A stretch of 64,000 nt of DNA from Mytilus trossulus (lineage: Eukaryota). The stretch spans positions 66,402,001 to 66,466,000 of the forward strand of contig NC_086381.1 of the NCBI RefSeq assembly GCF_036588685.1. The letters are read 5' to 3'. The notes beneath the pieces are model-generated. The model worked only from the letters and a program-made list of their open reading frames with translations. It did not search any database and was not told the origin of the DNA. Shown here one piece after another: positions 39,981 to 53,305 of this stretch. Each line of letters starts with the position of its first letter. Positions within the stretch are counted from its first letter, which is position 1. Made by a program: the position numbers and the translations under genes.

Positions 39981-42125
39981 GTTCCGATCCATATTATGAC
40001 ATTTTTACTGACTGTAAAATTGTACCGTGGAAAGTGTATTCATATCAAAAAGACGCACACATTTTCAAAACATCCGGTATTACTTCTGGTTACGTTCCTG
40101 TGATTCCCTTTGTTTTTGGTTTAAAATATTGAAAACAACACGTATAATAATTTTATGCGTCCGACGCGTTTTTTGTCTGGATTAATCTTCATCAGGAACG
40201 CAAAAAACAAACATTTGAAATCCGAAGATGCATTAGTTTGTTTGTTTGTCTTCCTTATCGAATTATAATATCGGTTATGTACTGTTGCCTTTATTTGTGG
40301 TATCGTTATCGTTATATCGTCTTTTAACTGGTATTTAGTCTGCTGTACCTTTTGTATTTTGTTGTTTCTCTTGCGCACTCCCTTTATATCAGAAGTGATG
40401 ATTGTTATTTCTTAAAACAGTTTCATTCGCAGTTTTGCATCCTCTGAATAATTTAAGACTTCTTCTATTGACGAAAGTACTATAATTATTTTGACCTAGT
40501 TTTATCCATGTATCCCAAACATCTGAATTTAAAATCCTTCTGCGTTTTTCCTAAAAAGCAAAGTTTCTTTTAATTACACATACCTAACATTATTATCCTA
40601 AACAGTACAATAGTAGTTTTACTTGATTATATTAGAAGATAAAACTACCCGGTTCCAAAGGGAACATTCGTATAGTTAAAAACACCATTGTCTGCAGCAA
40701 ATACAAAATTTCCGTCTTGGTCAGGACTATTTGTACCACTATATACTTCATCCGCTAAAAGGAATTGACATGTAGTTTGTATCATTGGACTTGTAGAAAG
40801 ATTTTTAATCGTATTGAATCGTAAATATCAAAAAGAAAGATCTGGTATGATTGCGGATGAGAAAACAATACATAAGAGACCAACATGAAACATAAATTAT
40901 CAGCCCATATCGCATAGTCAGCTATAACAGGTTCGAAATGACAACCTTAAACAAGTCAAACGAGATAACCAACGACATAATTAATGAATGTACAAAACAT
41001 GAATGAAAAAAAACACGTAACACATAAACAAAAGACAACTGATGAATAACAGGTTTCTGACTTGAACAGTCACAAACAAAGTGAATGTGTTGGGGTTAAA
41101 CAGGTTATCATGATCCCCCTAACCTGAGACAGTGGTGTAATAGTGCAAAATATTAACGAACGATACGAGTCAGTTGAAAAAGCTTACAATGTAACTCATC
41201 AGTTCGATAAAAATAAAAAAAATCTACAAATACAAGTGGACGTGGCCATATATTTGTACATCCTAACATTACAAATATGGTAAGTACACATCTGAGATAA
41301 CTCGCCGTAACTGACAGCTGGTTCAAAGCCACTCACAACTAATGAAAAAGCATGCATATACGACTAAATTATCAATCAGTAAACATCCAACATTGAATTG
41401 ATTTAGTGTGAAGACGTCATAAACAGTCAGAGAAAAATGTGATATTGTGCAATGCCAAGAAACAGGTATTGACACATATCTATGAATGTCTATAATTATG
41501 TAGATAACAATACTATTTCATGTATTTAGTTTGCCTTTAATTTACTGATTTCAAAATCAATATTGATACAATTTAAAACAATATTCAGTGATCTAATAAC
41601 AGTCTTGAATTGGTAACCAAGGATAAGTTTATTTAAAGTTTACCAGGATTGTTTCTGAAACCAAATCTGTTTATCAGTGCATATTTTATTTGTAACTTAA
41701 GTTTGGGAAATACAATCCTTATATGTTGTTTTAGCACATTTTCGACACTTGTTAAGACTAACAATAATTAGGTAGGAATTACTTGCTTTCTACATCTTTA
41801 GTGCTTTAGGCTGGTAGTAAAATCAATAATTACAAAATCTATGTGTTTAGATACATGTCGTTCAACTGATTGATGTTAAGAAGTGAGTATTTTTTACATA
41901 GTTTCTAAGAACTAGTAAAACAAAATGTTTCGTCAATCAATAGACGCTGTTGCTATTAATTACAGCCCAGAAGTCAGCACTGTATGTGCTGACATGAATT
42001 ATCATTGATATGGTTATATCTATAAACTAACTGTTAACAAAATTTGGAGTTTACCTTAGCTGGATTTGGCGAAACCTTTATGAATTTTGGTCCTCAATGC
42101 TCTATAATTTCGTGCTTTATTTGCA
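39981..42125 (-). repeat. Inverted duplicate of C-type lectin intron/exon block 52110-54683
   Basis: Colinear reverse-complement similarity; lacks the HINE at 53306-53610. Confidence 0.9.
40650..40754 (-). pseudogene. Orphan duplicated C-type lectin exon (DEVYSGTNSPDQDGNFVF...VPFGT)
   Basis: Copy of 53853-53957 with W>Y and the donor GT shifted by 1 nt. Confidence 0.85.
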
Positions 42126-42139
42126 TGATATGGCCTAAT

Positions 42140-44623
42140 CAGTGACGCTCGAATCCAAAAAAGTAAAAAAAAAACAAATTAAGTACGAAGTTATGACAAA
42201 TTATGACATGTTTTGATGTTGTAATTGTTATAACTGTTGTATATTATTCAATGTTTGTAGCAATTGCATTCATAATCAGTTTGACTAAAAATATATCTTT
42301 GCACTTTACATATATAAATAATATGCATCGATTCTATTTAGATTTTCATTTTTAATCAAATTGATTAATATGCAAATTATGACATTTTTTGATGTTGTAA
42401 TTGTTATATTTGTTATATATTATTCAACGTTTGCAACCATTGCAACATAAAAAAATCATAATCAATTTGATAAAAAAAATTATATCTTTACACTTTACAT
42501 TTACAAATGATGTGCATTTATTCTGTTTACACTTTAAAAGCATGAAAAAAAATCACAACAATCAAAACTCAAAACGGGAAGTTTCTAATCAAATGACAAA
42601 GTTAAGAGATCAAACAAATCAAACGAATGGAGATCAACTATCATATTCCTGACTTGGTACAGGCATTTTCTAATGTACCTGGGTTTATAGCTAGCTAAAT
42701 TCCCACGTTTACGACACTTATTATATTCCGTTATATTGACAACTACTCATGAACAAAACAATCACACATGTTAGATAAATTAGTATAATCTTAATAACTA
42801 AACACATGTAACAAAGAAGTACAAAACAGACCAAGCATATAATTAAACATCAAAGATAAGAAAACAGAAATTTACCATAATCGAAAGAGAATGTAAAACT
42901 TTGCTGATGAAATCAAAATGATTATGTTGATCAAGAAGTTACTCAGAAAGATTGAATGCAATATTCAAATTGTAACATGTGCAACATATAGATGTACATT
43001 AATTGCATATCTTGCATAATCCGTTTGAAACACGAAGAAATTTGAATCATTGTTGCATGACTCATCGTTAACATTTAAGTATATAAATTAGCCTTAATTA
43101 ACTAAAATAACAAACATTTTGAAAAATATCAGAAGAAAACAGTATACCTTCAAATTAATTTCTGTAAACCAAACTAAAAATATCAGGAGAAACTGATTTA
43201 TTAATTAAATAATAGAAAGCTTAAAGTTTCTGGAAACTATTCTATATATTTATATCAGACATAATAATTGTATTGATAATAATTAGATATTAGAATTTGG
43301 TATATATGAGTGCCAAGGCGAATCTCCAACCAAGTCAGAAGTTGTAAAAGTAATTATAGGTCAAAGTTCGGTCTTGTCACAGAGCTTTAACTCTCACTGA
43401 ACAGCAAGAAACAAAGGACCCTCAAAATAGATATATCTATATAATGAACATAGTAAAACGTTTACCATCATATCGTTATGAATGTAAGTTGAAAGAAATA
43501 CATGTGTATCATAAACTTAAATAATGGCAACAGTTATAAAGTCAAAGATTGATGCAGAAAAAAAATCCGCGATACAAACCAAAACCGAGAGAAAAACGCT
43601 AATTATAGGAGCAAAAACAACGAAACAACAAAAATACTGTGATGCAACTAAATATTTTTCAACAAAATATTCGTATTTCTTTTTATTATTCAATCCACAT
43701 AAAATATACCATTATATTGATTTATAAGATTACTCTAGCTACTTATAGTATAATCTTATCTAACAAGGTAGGAGTCAACTTGTACAACTACTGCTTCACT
43801 GACCTTTCTAAATGGAAGTTAACGTTGTGAATTTTAATCCCTCACGTGCCAGATGCGCTCGACCAAAATCTTAATTGACTAGAATTATTGTCACTTTCCC
43901 TATCGAATGCAAATAGTTGACAGCGAAAAAATAACAAAATACATCTGAAAGTGGCGTTAAATACCAATCAATCAATCACATGTAGGGAGTTTAATGTTTT
44001 TTTAAACAACAACCATAAAAGCGTATCATTTGGAACAATTGTGAACACATTTTGTAGATATTAAAGTAATACATAATTCAATATTGCCTTAGATTATGTT
44101 TTGAAAATCTACAAGTACAGGTAAAAGTGCACATGTTTAACAAAAGATGAAAGATGTCGCACACCCAACCCATTTTACATATTCATTAAACATGTTAAAA
44201 TTGAACAAACCTAAATAGCATACGTCACTATTTATTGTTTCACACCTACAGCATTCCTCGCTTGCATACTTAATTGTATGAGCTATATAAGTAGCCACTT
44301 CGTTTACAAAGTTATCTTATTCGCATTAGGTCTGCTATTACACATTGGGGTAAGTGTTCATTTATTCTCTGGCATAATGAAAATCCATCTGATCAGCTTT
44401 TGTTGTTTTTTAAGATATTCAAACACTCAAAACAAAAATATCCAATTTGTCAATGAACGTTAGTTGAAACTTACGTAAGCTTTCATTACATGTTGTCCAA
44501 TCTTAAGTTTCTTTATTGTGTTTACAATTTCTTTTTGCATACTTTCATTTTTTTAGTGTATGTACTGATGCTACATGCAATTAGTGGTTGAACTAGAAAG
44601 CTGAGTCGTTAGTTTAAAACTTA
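42140..44623 (+). repeat. Inverted duplication block X' with TATA at 44284-44290 and donor at 44350
   Basis: Pairs with 33365-35700. Confidence 0.92.
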
Positions 44624-44859
44624 TCCTTAAACAACGAACCCTTCATGAAAAAGTCTCATACATTAGAATCAAATTACTCATATTGAATAAGTATTAGGTG
44701 TACGGAAAGTCAAATGCACATTTATACAAGATATAGTGCTGTAATTTGTATTTTGGAAACAATAAAACTGAGAAAAGAATTGGGGTATGATTCAAAAGAT
44801 AACCACCCGACCAAAGAGCAGTCAATAGCCGAAAGAGAAATACCTGAACGTACAAAATG

Positions 44860-44949
44860 TATAAAATGTCTACATATTCTGAACTAACTCCATTCTCAAG
44901 TATAAGTTTCATTGCTGAGACACCGAACTCGTCTGTTTGGTTTATGACG
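44860..44949 (+). promoter_or_regulatory. TATA box and non-coding first exon of the Cys-rich peptide gene
   Basis: TATAAAA at 44860, Inr-like ccattc at ~44890, G|gtgagt donor at 44950, acceptor tttcag ending at 45031. Confidence 0.6.
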
Positions 44950-45043
44950 GTGAGTTTGATTTGGTGTATTAGTATATTTAACGAGCTTGAAGATCATTGT
45001 CATAATCGATGTTTACAAATTTTCGTTTCAGTATTAAAGTATC

Positions 45044-45107
45044 ATGATGCAATTTTGTTGTTTGATTTTAATCCTTCTCTGTACAATTGGTGTTTCTACT
45101 GGCAGAA
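45044..45107 (+). CDS. Secreted Cys-rich peptide, signal-peptide exon (MMQFCCLILILLCTIGVSTGR)
   Basis: Typical signal peptide; A|gtaagt donor, phase 1. Confidence 0.8.
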
Positions 45108-45640
45108 GTAAGTATTGTTAGTGTTTTAACGTATACATGTAGGAATTGTCATTACTTATACACCATGATCACTAAAGTACTAAACCAGTTTATTTTGTTT
45201 TATAATTAGTTACGCATAACATTAAGAATGAACCTGATTTCATACCAACACATACTTGTATTAACGTGCAAGACCACTTTGAATCAATAAATGGAAATTA
45301 TATGAAGTCAACGCATACAACGATTGTATTCAAAAGAGTTGAGGGGATATTTCAAGTATACACATGTTGGTGTTTGAAAGATACAGTACGAAAATACCAT
45401 TAGCGTAACCTTGGTGTTTATTCACAGTTTATATTTCGTTTGTGGTGTCATAATATGCTATCGCAAATCGATTGGAGTTTTTATTCTGCGTTTCACATGT
45501 AGTAATATACTATTATATCATTTATTTGTATATTTCTATGTGCTGAGTGTTGTTGTGTTTCGAAAGCTATTTTCTTATTTATTAAGGCAAAGTTTGGTGC
45601 TCATAAATGTCAAATTGTATTCATAAACTGTATCCTTTAG

Positions 45641-45766
45641 GACTCACTAAAAATTGTGTTGCGTCAAATGGTACATGTGGCCGAAAAGGTGAAACTTGTG
45701 ATGATGCATTTGGTGAAGGATGGATCGAAAGAGGAAAATGTTGTTATGGAAAACCATGTTGTAAAT
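45641..45766 (+). CDS. Secreted Cys-rich peptide, core exon (RLTKNCVASNGTCGRKGETCDDAFGEGWIERGKCCYGKPCCK), beta-defensin-like spacing
   Basis: cctttag acceptor, gtaagt donor, phases 1/1; C-x6-C-x6-C-x13-CC-x4-CC. Confidence 0.85.
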
Positions 45767-47875
45767 GTAAGTAAACACATAAAGCATGATCAATAGTTCT
45801 TGTCCCTTCTATTAAAAAATGAAACATACAATGTAGGCACGTGTCTTAATAAAATATCATGTTGTAAATAGAATTAAACAATTTTATGCTGCAAGCAAAT
45901 TATATGATATATTGTTTTGATTATCTCAAGTGCAAAGAACACCATTGGAATCGAATAATATATGTGTTTTATTCCGATGGCAGTGAAATCTGAAATTTAA
46001 AACAAAAGACACATCAAATGCCCTGTTTTTACATTTCCCTTTATATTTTAAATTTAAAACACGATGTTTTTGTTGCGACAAGGTCTATGACATTGTTAAA
46101 TGTATTGTAACAGTTCCTGACATAGTTTATTGCAAACAATTGTAAGATATTCAGTTAGAAAATGAAATAAAAACTGTGTAATGCAAAGTTGACCTTATAC
46201 TGATTTGGCTTTAATTGGTATACCATTTTTGTAAGGGACAGAACCTTTGATGTCGACAAAATTATGGCCAATGTGAAAAACTGCTAAAATGATGGAAATC
46301 AAATATGTACATAAAAAACAATTAGATCTTTTGAATTAATTTTAAACCTCAGCAGTGTAAATAATTAATAACTGATTTCGTGTTGCTTGCCTGTTTATCT
46401 CATTAATTATTTATCGGGTTTACTACCCGCATTTGTTCTTTTTGTTTTCTTACATATTTTATTATTGTCCTTAAATTGAATTACATATTTGACACCATTT
46501 ATAAAATTATGTCAACAAAATATATCAAAACATTATTTAAACACAAGTTTCTCAAACAATGGCGATAATATACACTTGTTTGTACATTTTTATGAAAAAC
46601 AATGCCGATAATGAACGCACGTGTTTGTGAATTTAATTGGAGTCATCACTAAGGATACTTTAAAAGAATAACATCAAATTGTACACTCATATGCGGCAAA
46701 GGTGAGCGAAAAGTAATGCGACGTGATCAGTCAAACTAACTTTATTAGATAAACTCATAAAGGAACAATCGTTTTCATTTGTCAATTCAAACATTCGACC
46801 TCACACCTGCGAAAATAAAACACGTGTACTCTAAGTTAAACGGACTGGTCAGTATTCACGTAGCCGGTCAAGGTTGTTATAATTCATAATTTTGTGCAAT
46901 AGTAAAACTTTAAAACTTATAAGTAATATGTTTCACATCGAAATATTTAATTGTTCAACTGTTCACGTAGCCGGTCAAGGTTGTTATAACCTTCCATAGT
47001 AGTATTCACGTACGTGATTATGTTCTTGATTATTCCATAGCAATTCTAACTTTGATACATGTGCATGTAAAGTTCATTGAATTCATAATTTTGTGCAATA
47101 GTAAAATTTTAAAACTTATAAGTAACAGGTTTCACATCGAAATATTAAATTATTCAACTGTGTTCTCATTTGGTTCTGAATTAAGAGATCTACCATTTTT
47201 ATTTTTGGACGGGGGACTTAGATAAAACATGTTGTTCCTTTGTGAGTATTTATCTCTGTCCTGTCTTTTCATTTTTTGGTCTATATAGTCCTGCATTTTT
47301 TTGTCATCCGGTCTTTTTTTGCCAAGTTGTTCATCCTGCTTTTTCATATATTTCGTAAGTTTTAGGTATTCGACTAAAAAAAGTGATATTTTTTCTGATC
47401 CAGGAGATGGCAAACCATGGCACAGTGGAAGGAATATACTTTATAAACTCCAGCGATATACTTTATTAATTTTTATAATTAACCGTTTTGCTACTCTCGG
47501 TTTAAAAACGATCGTAACTTATATATTGTAAATATTTAAATAGTTACATAAAAAACAATCAATTTTTAAAAGCGTGTTTATTCATTTAATGTATTGATAA
47601 AAAGCGGGTGGGTCCCTTGTTGTCATGCATTCAGTCATCCTTATTTGTAGTTTCTTAATATTTCGATTCTCAGTTTATCTTACATGTATAATTTTGTCTT
47701 TTATTTTAAATACGCATGCATAATACACGTCACTTTTGGGGATAGTTCATCTATTTTTTCGGTATGAAATTAAAAAATAAGTTTTCAGCCAATTGAAATA
47801 AAAAAACGTACATTTACATTTTTTCTTATGAACTAGTCTACGATTATTCTTACAATTATATATTTATTATTTCAG

Positions 47876-47958
47876 TTCCACACATACAAAATAACAAATT
47901 TCGCCGATGTTACAAATCAATCCTTTTACATCAACATGCCTTCACTGAATTCATTTGA
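47876..47958 (+). CDS. Probable terminal exon of the Cys-rich peptide (FPHIQNNKFRRCYKSILLHQHAFTEFI*)
   Basis: tatttcag acceptor, phase 1; AATAAA at 48344. Confidence 0.5.
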
Positions 47959-48678
47959 ATTTCGTGGTGACATTGATAGTATATTGCATACTACGTCTTC
48001 ATACACGTGCAAAAATGATACGATTATTTTTGCTTTGTTTCTGTGTTTTGGGGACAATTTGCTCCGGAAATGATAGATAATTTCTGAATGACCAAACACT
48101 AAGCTTCTTCAAGTGTAACGTGTGTGGGTTGTATCTGATTCTTTCAACCAATGAAATGAGTCGTAACAAATTGTTTGTTTGTGATACGCCAGAATGATAT
48201 CAATGAACTATCAAACGTTCAACTTGATTGCATTTTACTGTAAGCTAAGTTTCAGATTTCAATGTCCGTTACTTTATAAACATATTTTCGACAATAACGA
48301 TTTAAACACGTCGCGAATTATTTTATGTTATCTGTAAAAATACAATAAATATAATCATTTTGAAACTAGATCTCTTGTTAGCTTCTTTTATGCAACTTTG
48401 CATGCATGACAGATTTTTTAGGTGATTTGTTTGGCCAATCTCATGGTTCGAGATCACAGACGCGCCTGCTCTTTCTCAATAATACGTTTAAAGAAAGTTG
48501 TACTACTTTTGGGATAAATTATATCAAAATAATTGAAAATTTCATCCACTCTAATACAAAATGTGGACAATTTATATATTGATGTTAAGGGGATCTATAA
48601 AACTGTTGACAACTTTTGAAATGCTAGATTGTAACCAATTTCAGTTGAACCAAATGACTACTCGTGTATAAAAACTAA

Positions 48679-50118
48679 GACCGTGTTCAACTTGAACTAA
48701 ATTCGGTGTTGTGTTAGTGTAACTTACACGTAAACTAATCACAATTGCGTTCCCATTGATAAAACTCAATGTTTACATGCAGTTTAAATCATGTTTTATC
48801 TACACACAGTCGATAGTCAATGTAGGCCTTTGTAGGGTTAAGTGTACACACAACTAGGCATTTAGGACATAGTTTTACGGTGTACATATTTAAGAAGGAT
48901 ACTATTTTTGAGTAAAATTGATATTTTTGATAATTATAAGTAAAGTTCTTTACACAAAATTGTTGTCTAAATTTTACTGATTTTTTTTTGTTAAAAAAAA
49001 TTAATGTACTTTATTTGATTCTGATCAAGACTCAAATCAGCATCATTGCCGAACCCATAAGACAGCAACCAATTGATTTTCAGGGGGAGGCTATTATAGT
49101 TGAGTATAAAACATAAAGGCAAGGGGTGGGTGTTGAGCTATGGATTTTGTTTTGGAAACAAAAATGTTTCCAGTATTTGGCCTTGAAAAAAAAATTGTTT
49201 GTTTCAACCTCAGCTGCCACTATATATAGTGCTAAAATTGATTTCGACTTCTCACCAAAATTTCTCCTGAAAACAATCAATAGCCCACGCACCCTTCCCG
49301 CTCCCTCTCCCCAAAAAATGAAAAAAATGCTGCCAAATTCATTTGAAAAGGTCTTCCCGAATCGACTTGACGTACACAGATATATTCGCCACTGGTCTTT
49401 ACTCAAACAACTATAAATGCATGACTAAAAAAGTGTGAGGTAAATGATATGTTTGTCTATCTCAGATCCGTTAAATATCATTTAAAATAAATATAAAAAC
49501 GTTACCCTATTCTTTTACCAAATACTCCTTTGAGAAGAAATACCATTTGAAACAAACAGAAAAGACAAAAATGTAGTGATCCCTAATATCGGCTGTAAGG
49601 ACGCTGCTGCAGCTAACGTTTTCTAATGCGTCATCGAGACATCTGTTGTATTAAAATGGCTTTCATAAAGTAGCAACCACTTAACTTAAAAAAGGGAGAT
49701 TTTTTATTTTTTTTTTATCTGAGTCAGATTATTTTCGCGCGTACGTTTTTATTCCTTTTTTTTCGATGCTGGTGATCAAATACTTTTTTTCAATATTTAA
49801 CACTATAATATCATCTGTATGACCATTTTTTTTTATCAAATTGTGGGATCGGAATATTTCCATTTCCATCCTCATCCCCCTTTTGAAGTCAAATGGTTGT
49901 TCCCTTACCGGTAGAAAAATTGTCCAAAAATTTTGAATTCAGTTCTACGTAATAAAAATTCAAATGACATATAGTTTACAAGTGGGAACAAATCTTATAT
50001 ACAGGTAGCTAAACAAGGTGTATAGATGGGAACAAATGTAATGTGAAACCTAGTGTACACTACACTAAACTAATTTTAAACATGTTTACTCTACACGGCG
50101 TTTGGTGTGAACACAGCC
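48679..50118. mobile_element. PIF/Harbinger-like non-autonomous element with TAA target duplication and nested small inserts
   Basis: TAA|gaccgtgttca ... tgaacacagcc|TAA. Confidence 0.7.
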
Positions 50119-51658
50119 TAAGATATCTAAACTTAAGTCATGTCATATCTGAAAATATTTATTGTACTTTATATATATCGATAACGATGATACAAATGAG
50201 GTATGCATAGTACTCACCTCCTATCAATAATCATATTATTTTGCGAGAATGCAGTTTATTGGTAACTTTTTTTTTCAAAGAAGTTGTACCACCTTTGGTG
50301 TGATATCCTAGACAAACTGATTACTGTTTTTCATTGACGAACTTTGTTTTGCCCTATCTAGGTGCGTACAGCTGCCTTATACAGTACAACAATTCTATAT
50401 AGGTTTATCACTGTGTGTATGTCTTCAAAATACCATGGGATGAATTTGACGAAATAGTTGTCTTCTTCTTGACAGGTTACATTACATTTTCATCCTGTCA
50501 ATGTTACATTTAACCTAAAAATATTTGTTAATGTCATAAGTTAATTCAATGTTGTAAATTTTGTTTTAACATTCAACTCTTTTTGTGTCATATAAATAGT
50601 AGAATGTGTTCCCACTACAACTTGTCCTGAAGGATATGCGCAGTTAGATAACCAAACCTCTAGTCCTAATTGCTTGTTTATAGTTGATTGATTTATATTG
50701 GTGTTTAATGCTGCTTCCAGCAATATCTTCTGAACATGTTATTTTTCTGCAAAACAACAGGTCTCAATGTAAAGCGAATAGTTATACCATGAAAATAATC
50801 ATCGTTAACCAAGTTATCTGTTCAGATCAAATTTTAAAACATTAATACGAGAATTATTTGATAGCGATGGAAAAACATGAAAAACTAATTGGTCTATCTA
50901 AAAATACATTTATATTGTATACATTGAGGATAAACCAATATGCATTATCAATTCAATGTTTGAAAAGATGATTTCACTATTACTGATGGAATTTCATGGG
51001 TATATCATAAGCTCGAATATTCACATAGGCTTGTAGGAAGGCTTTGTCGAAACCATGAGATCAAATAACCACAAAAGTATATTTATTCCCAAAGCCACAG
51101 AATTTAGTAGCATCGAAATTAAATGAATCCATAGAACTTAAAGTAACTTGATAAAAATCGCTCGCAATACTCAATTGCAGTACTAATTAGGGACAACATC
51201 AAAAGATCGATGTAGGATAAACAACTTAAATCAAATAGTTTGGGGGTGGGGGAGGGGGTTAAAATTCTGCAAGTTTTGTATATCTCAAATCGATTTTTAC
51301 ATATATCTCTATTGGTAACTCATTGTTTTCAAAATTAAGTTAAGAAGGGGTTGGGGGTCAGTGAAAAAAACAAACTATGTGAATTAAGTTTTGTATCCTT
51401 CATCTCCGGTGTAAAAAATGTATTAATGTTGTATTATCTTTATTTATCTTATTAATGTACAGTTTGTTCCTAAATTCTAGTCGATATGTACCATGACACC
51501 AGGAGCTTCTCTATGGAGACCAAATACTGAAGCAGAAGTTATTGCTGTCTTTGAACAGTTTCGATTTTTCAGTAAGTTATTATTTAAAAGTAACTAATTA
51601 TTCTTTTTTATCATTGTAAATAAACTCATCATAGATAACAGAACTAAATTTTGTATAA

Positions 51659-51702
51659 ACGCCAGACACGCGTTTCGTCTACAAAAGACTCATCAGTGAC
51701 GG
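51659..51702 (-). ncRNA. Type I hammerhead ribozyme
   Basis: CCGTCA-CTGATGA-GTCT tttgt AGAC-GAAA-CGCGTG-TC-TGGCGT. Confidence 0.8.
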
Positions 51703-52020
51703 TCGAATCCAAAAAAGTTAAAAAGGCCAAATAAATCACGAAGTTGAAGAGCATTGAGGACCAAAATTCCTAAAAGTTTTGCCAAATCCAGCTAAGGTAA
51801 TCTATGCCTGAGGTAGAAAAGCCTTAGTATTTCGAAAATTCTAAACTTTGTAAACAGTTCGTTTATAGATATAGCATATCAGTGATAATTCATGTCAGCA
51901 CACAAAACGTTACTACTGAGCTTTTGATACCCTCGGGGAAATAGATCTCCACCAGCAGTGGCATTGACCTAGTGGTTTTAAACAAACTCATCATAGATAC
52001 CAGGACTAAATTTTGTATAT

Positions 52021-52064
52021 ACGCCAGACGCGCGTTTCGTCTACAAAAGACTCATCAGTGACGC
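52021..52064 (-). ncRNA. Type I hammerhead ribozyme
   Basis: GCGTCA-CTGATGA-GTCT tttgt AGAC-GAAA-CGCGCG-TC-TGGCGT; complete core. Confidence 0.85.
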
Positions 52065-53305
52065 TCGAATCTAAAAGTTAAAAAGGCCAAATCATGAAAA
52101 TAAAGTACGAAATTGAAGAGCATTGAGGACCAAAATTCCTAACCGTTTTGCCAAATCTAGCTAAGGCAATATATGCCTGAGGAAGAAAAGCCTTAGTATT
52201 TCAAAAACTCCAAATTTGTAAACAGTTAGTTTATAGATATAACCATATCAATGATAATTCATGTCAGCACATACAGTGCTGACTACTGGGCTGTAATTAA
52301 TAGCAACAGCGTCTATTGATTAACGAAACATTTTGTTTTACTAGTTCTTAGAAACTATGTAAAAAATACTCACTTCTTAACATCAATCAGTTGAACGACA
52401 TGTATTTAAACACATAGGTTTTGTAATTATTGATTTCATTACCAGCTTATAGCACTAAAGATTTAGAGAGCAAGTAATTCCTACTTAATCATTTTTAGTC
52501 TTAACAAGTGTGGGAAATATGCTAAAACAACAGATAAGGATTGTATTTCCCAAACTTCAGTTACAAATAAAATTATACACTGAAATACTAATTTGGTTTC
52601 GAAGTTAAGTTGTTCCTGTAACAAACTTATTTCAAATAGTAATGGCACCCCCTCTATTTTACGGAAATGTTGTTTACCGCGCCAGGAAATTAAGAAACAA
52701 TCCTGGTTAACTTTCAATAAACTTATCCTTGGTTACCAATTCAACACTGTCATTAGATCACTGAATATTGTTTTATTTGTATCAATATTGATTTTGAAAT
52801 CAGTAAATTAAAGACAAACTAAACAGTATTGTTATCTACCTGTTTCTTGGCGTTGCACAATATCACATTTTTCTCTGACTGTTTATGACGTCTTCACACT
52901 AAATCAATTCGATGTTGGATGTTTACTGATTGATAATTTAGTCGTATATGCATGCTTTTTTATTAGTTGTGTGTAGCTTTGAACCAGCTGTCAGTAACTG
53001 TGAGTACTCTCAGATCTGTACTTACCATATTTTTAAATTAGGATGTACAAATATCTGGCCACGTCCACTTGCATTTGTAGATTTTTCTTATTTTTATCAA
53101 ACTGGTGAGTTATATTGTAAGCTTTTTCAACTGATTCTTATATATATTTTGTACTGTTACACCACTGTCTCAGGTTAGGGGGGATTCTGATAACATGTTT
53201 AACCCCAGCACATTTACTTTGTTTGTGACTGTCCCAAGTCAGAAACCTGTAATTCAGAAGTTGTCATAATTTGTTTATTTGTTTCCTGTTTGTTTTTCAT
53301 TCATT

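Larger units (their letters stand above)
51618..52290 (-). mobile_element. Tandem retrozyme-like array (~1.9 units of 362 bp)
   Basis: Direct repeat with a hammerhead motif in each unit. Confidence 0.85.

Noticed and set aside
44278-44463. ORF MSYISSHFVYKVILFALGLLLHIG as a signal-peptide exon (twin at 33533-33799)
   Set aside because: The ATG lies upstream of the TATATAA, and phase 0 does not fit the Cys frame; better read as promoter plus UTR exon.
45641-45766. Second open frame (DSLKIVLRQMVHV...) in the Cys-rich exon
   Set aside because: Short enough to be open by chance; the signal exon phase selects the Cys frame.
46850-47531. Lys-rich ORF 47150-47413 and local ~80-bp duplications
   Set aside because: Low complexity, intronic, no family signature.
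50597-50604. TAGTAG acceptor as a switch between peptide-only and peptide-lectin fusion
   Set aside because: The lectin has its own 5' exons (50187-50475) and the peptide has its own terminal exon, so a single gene is not needed.
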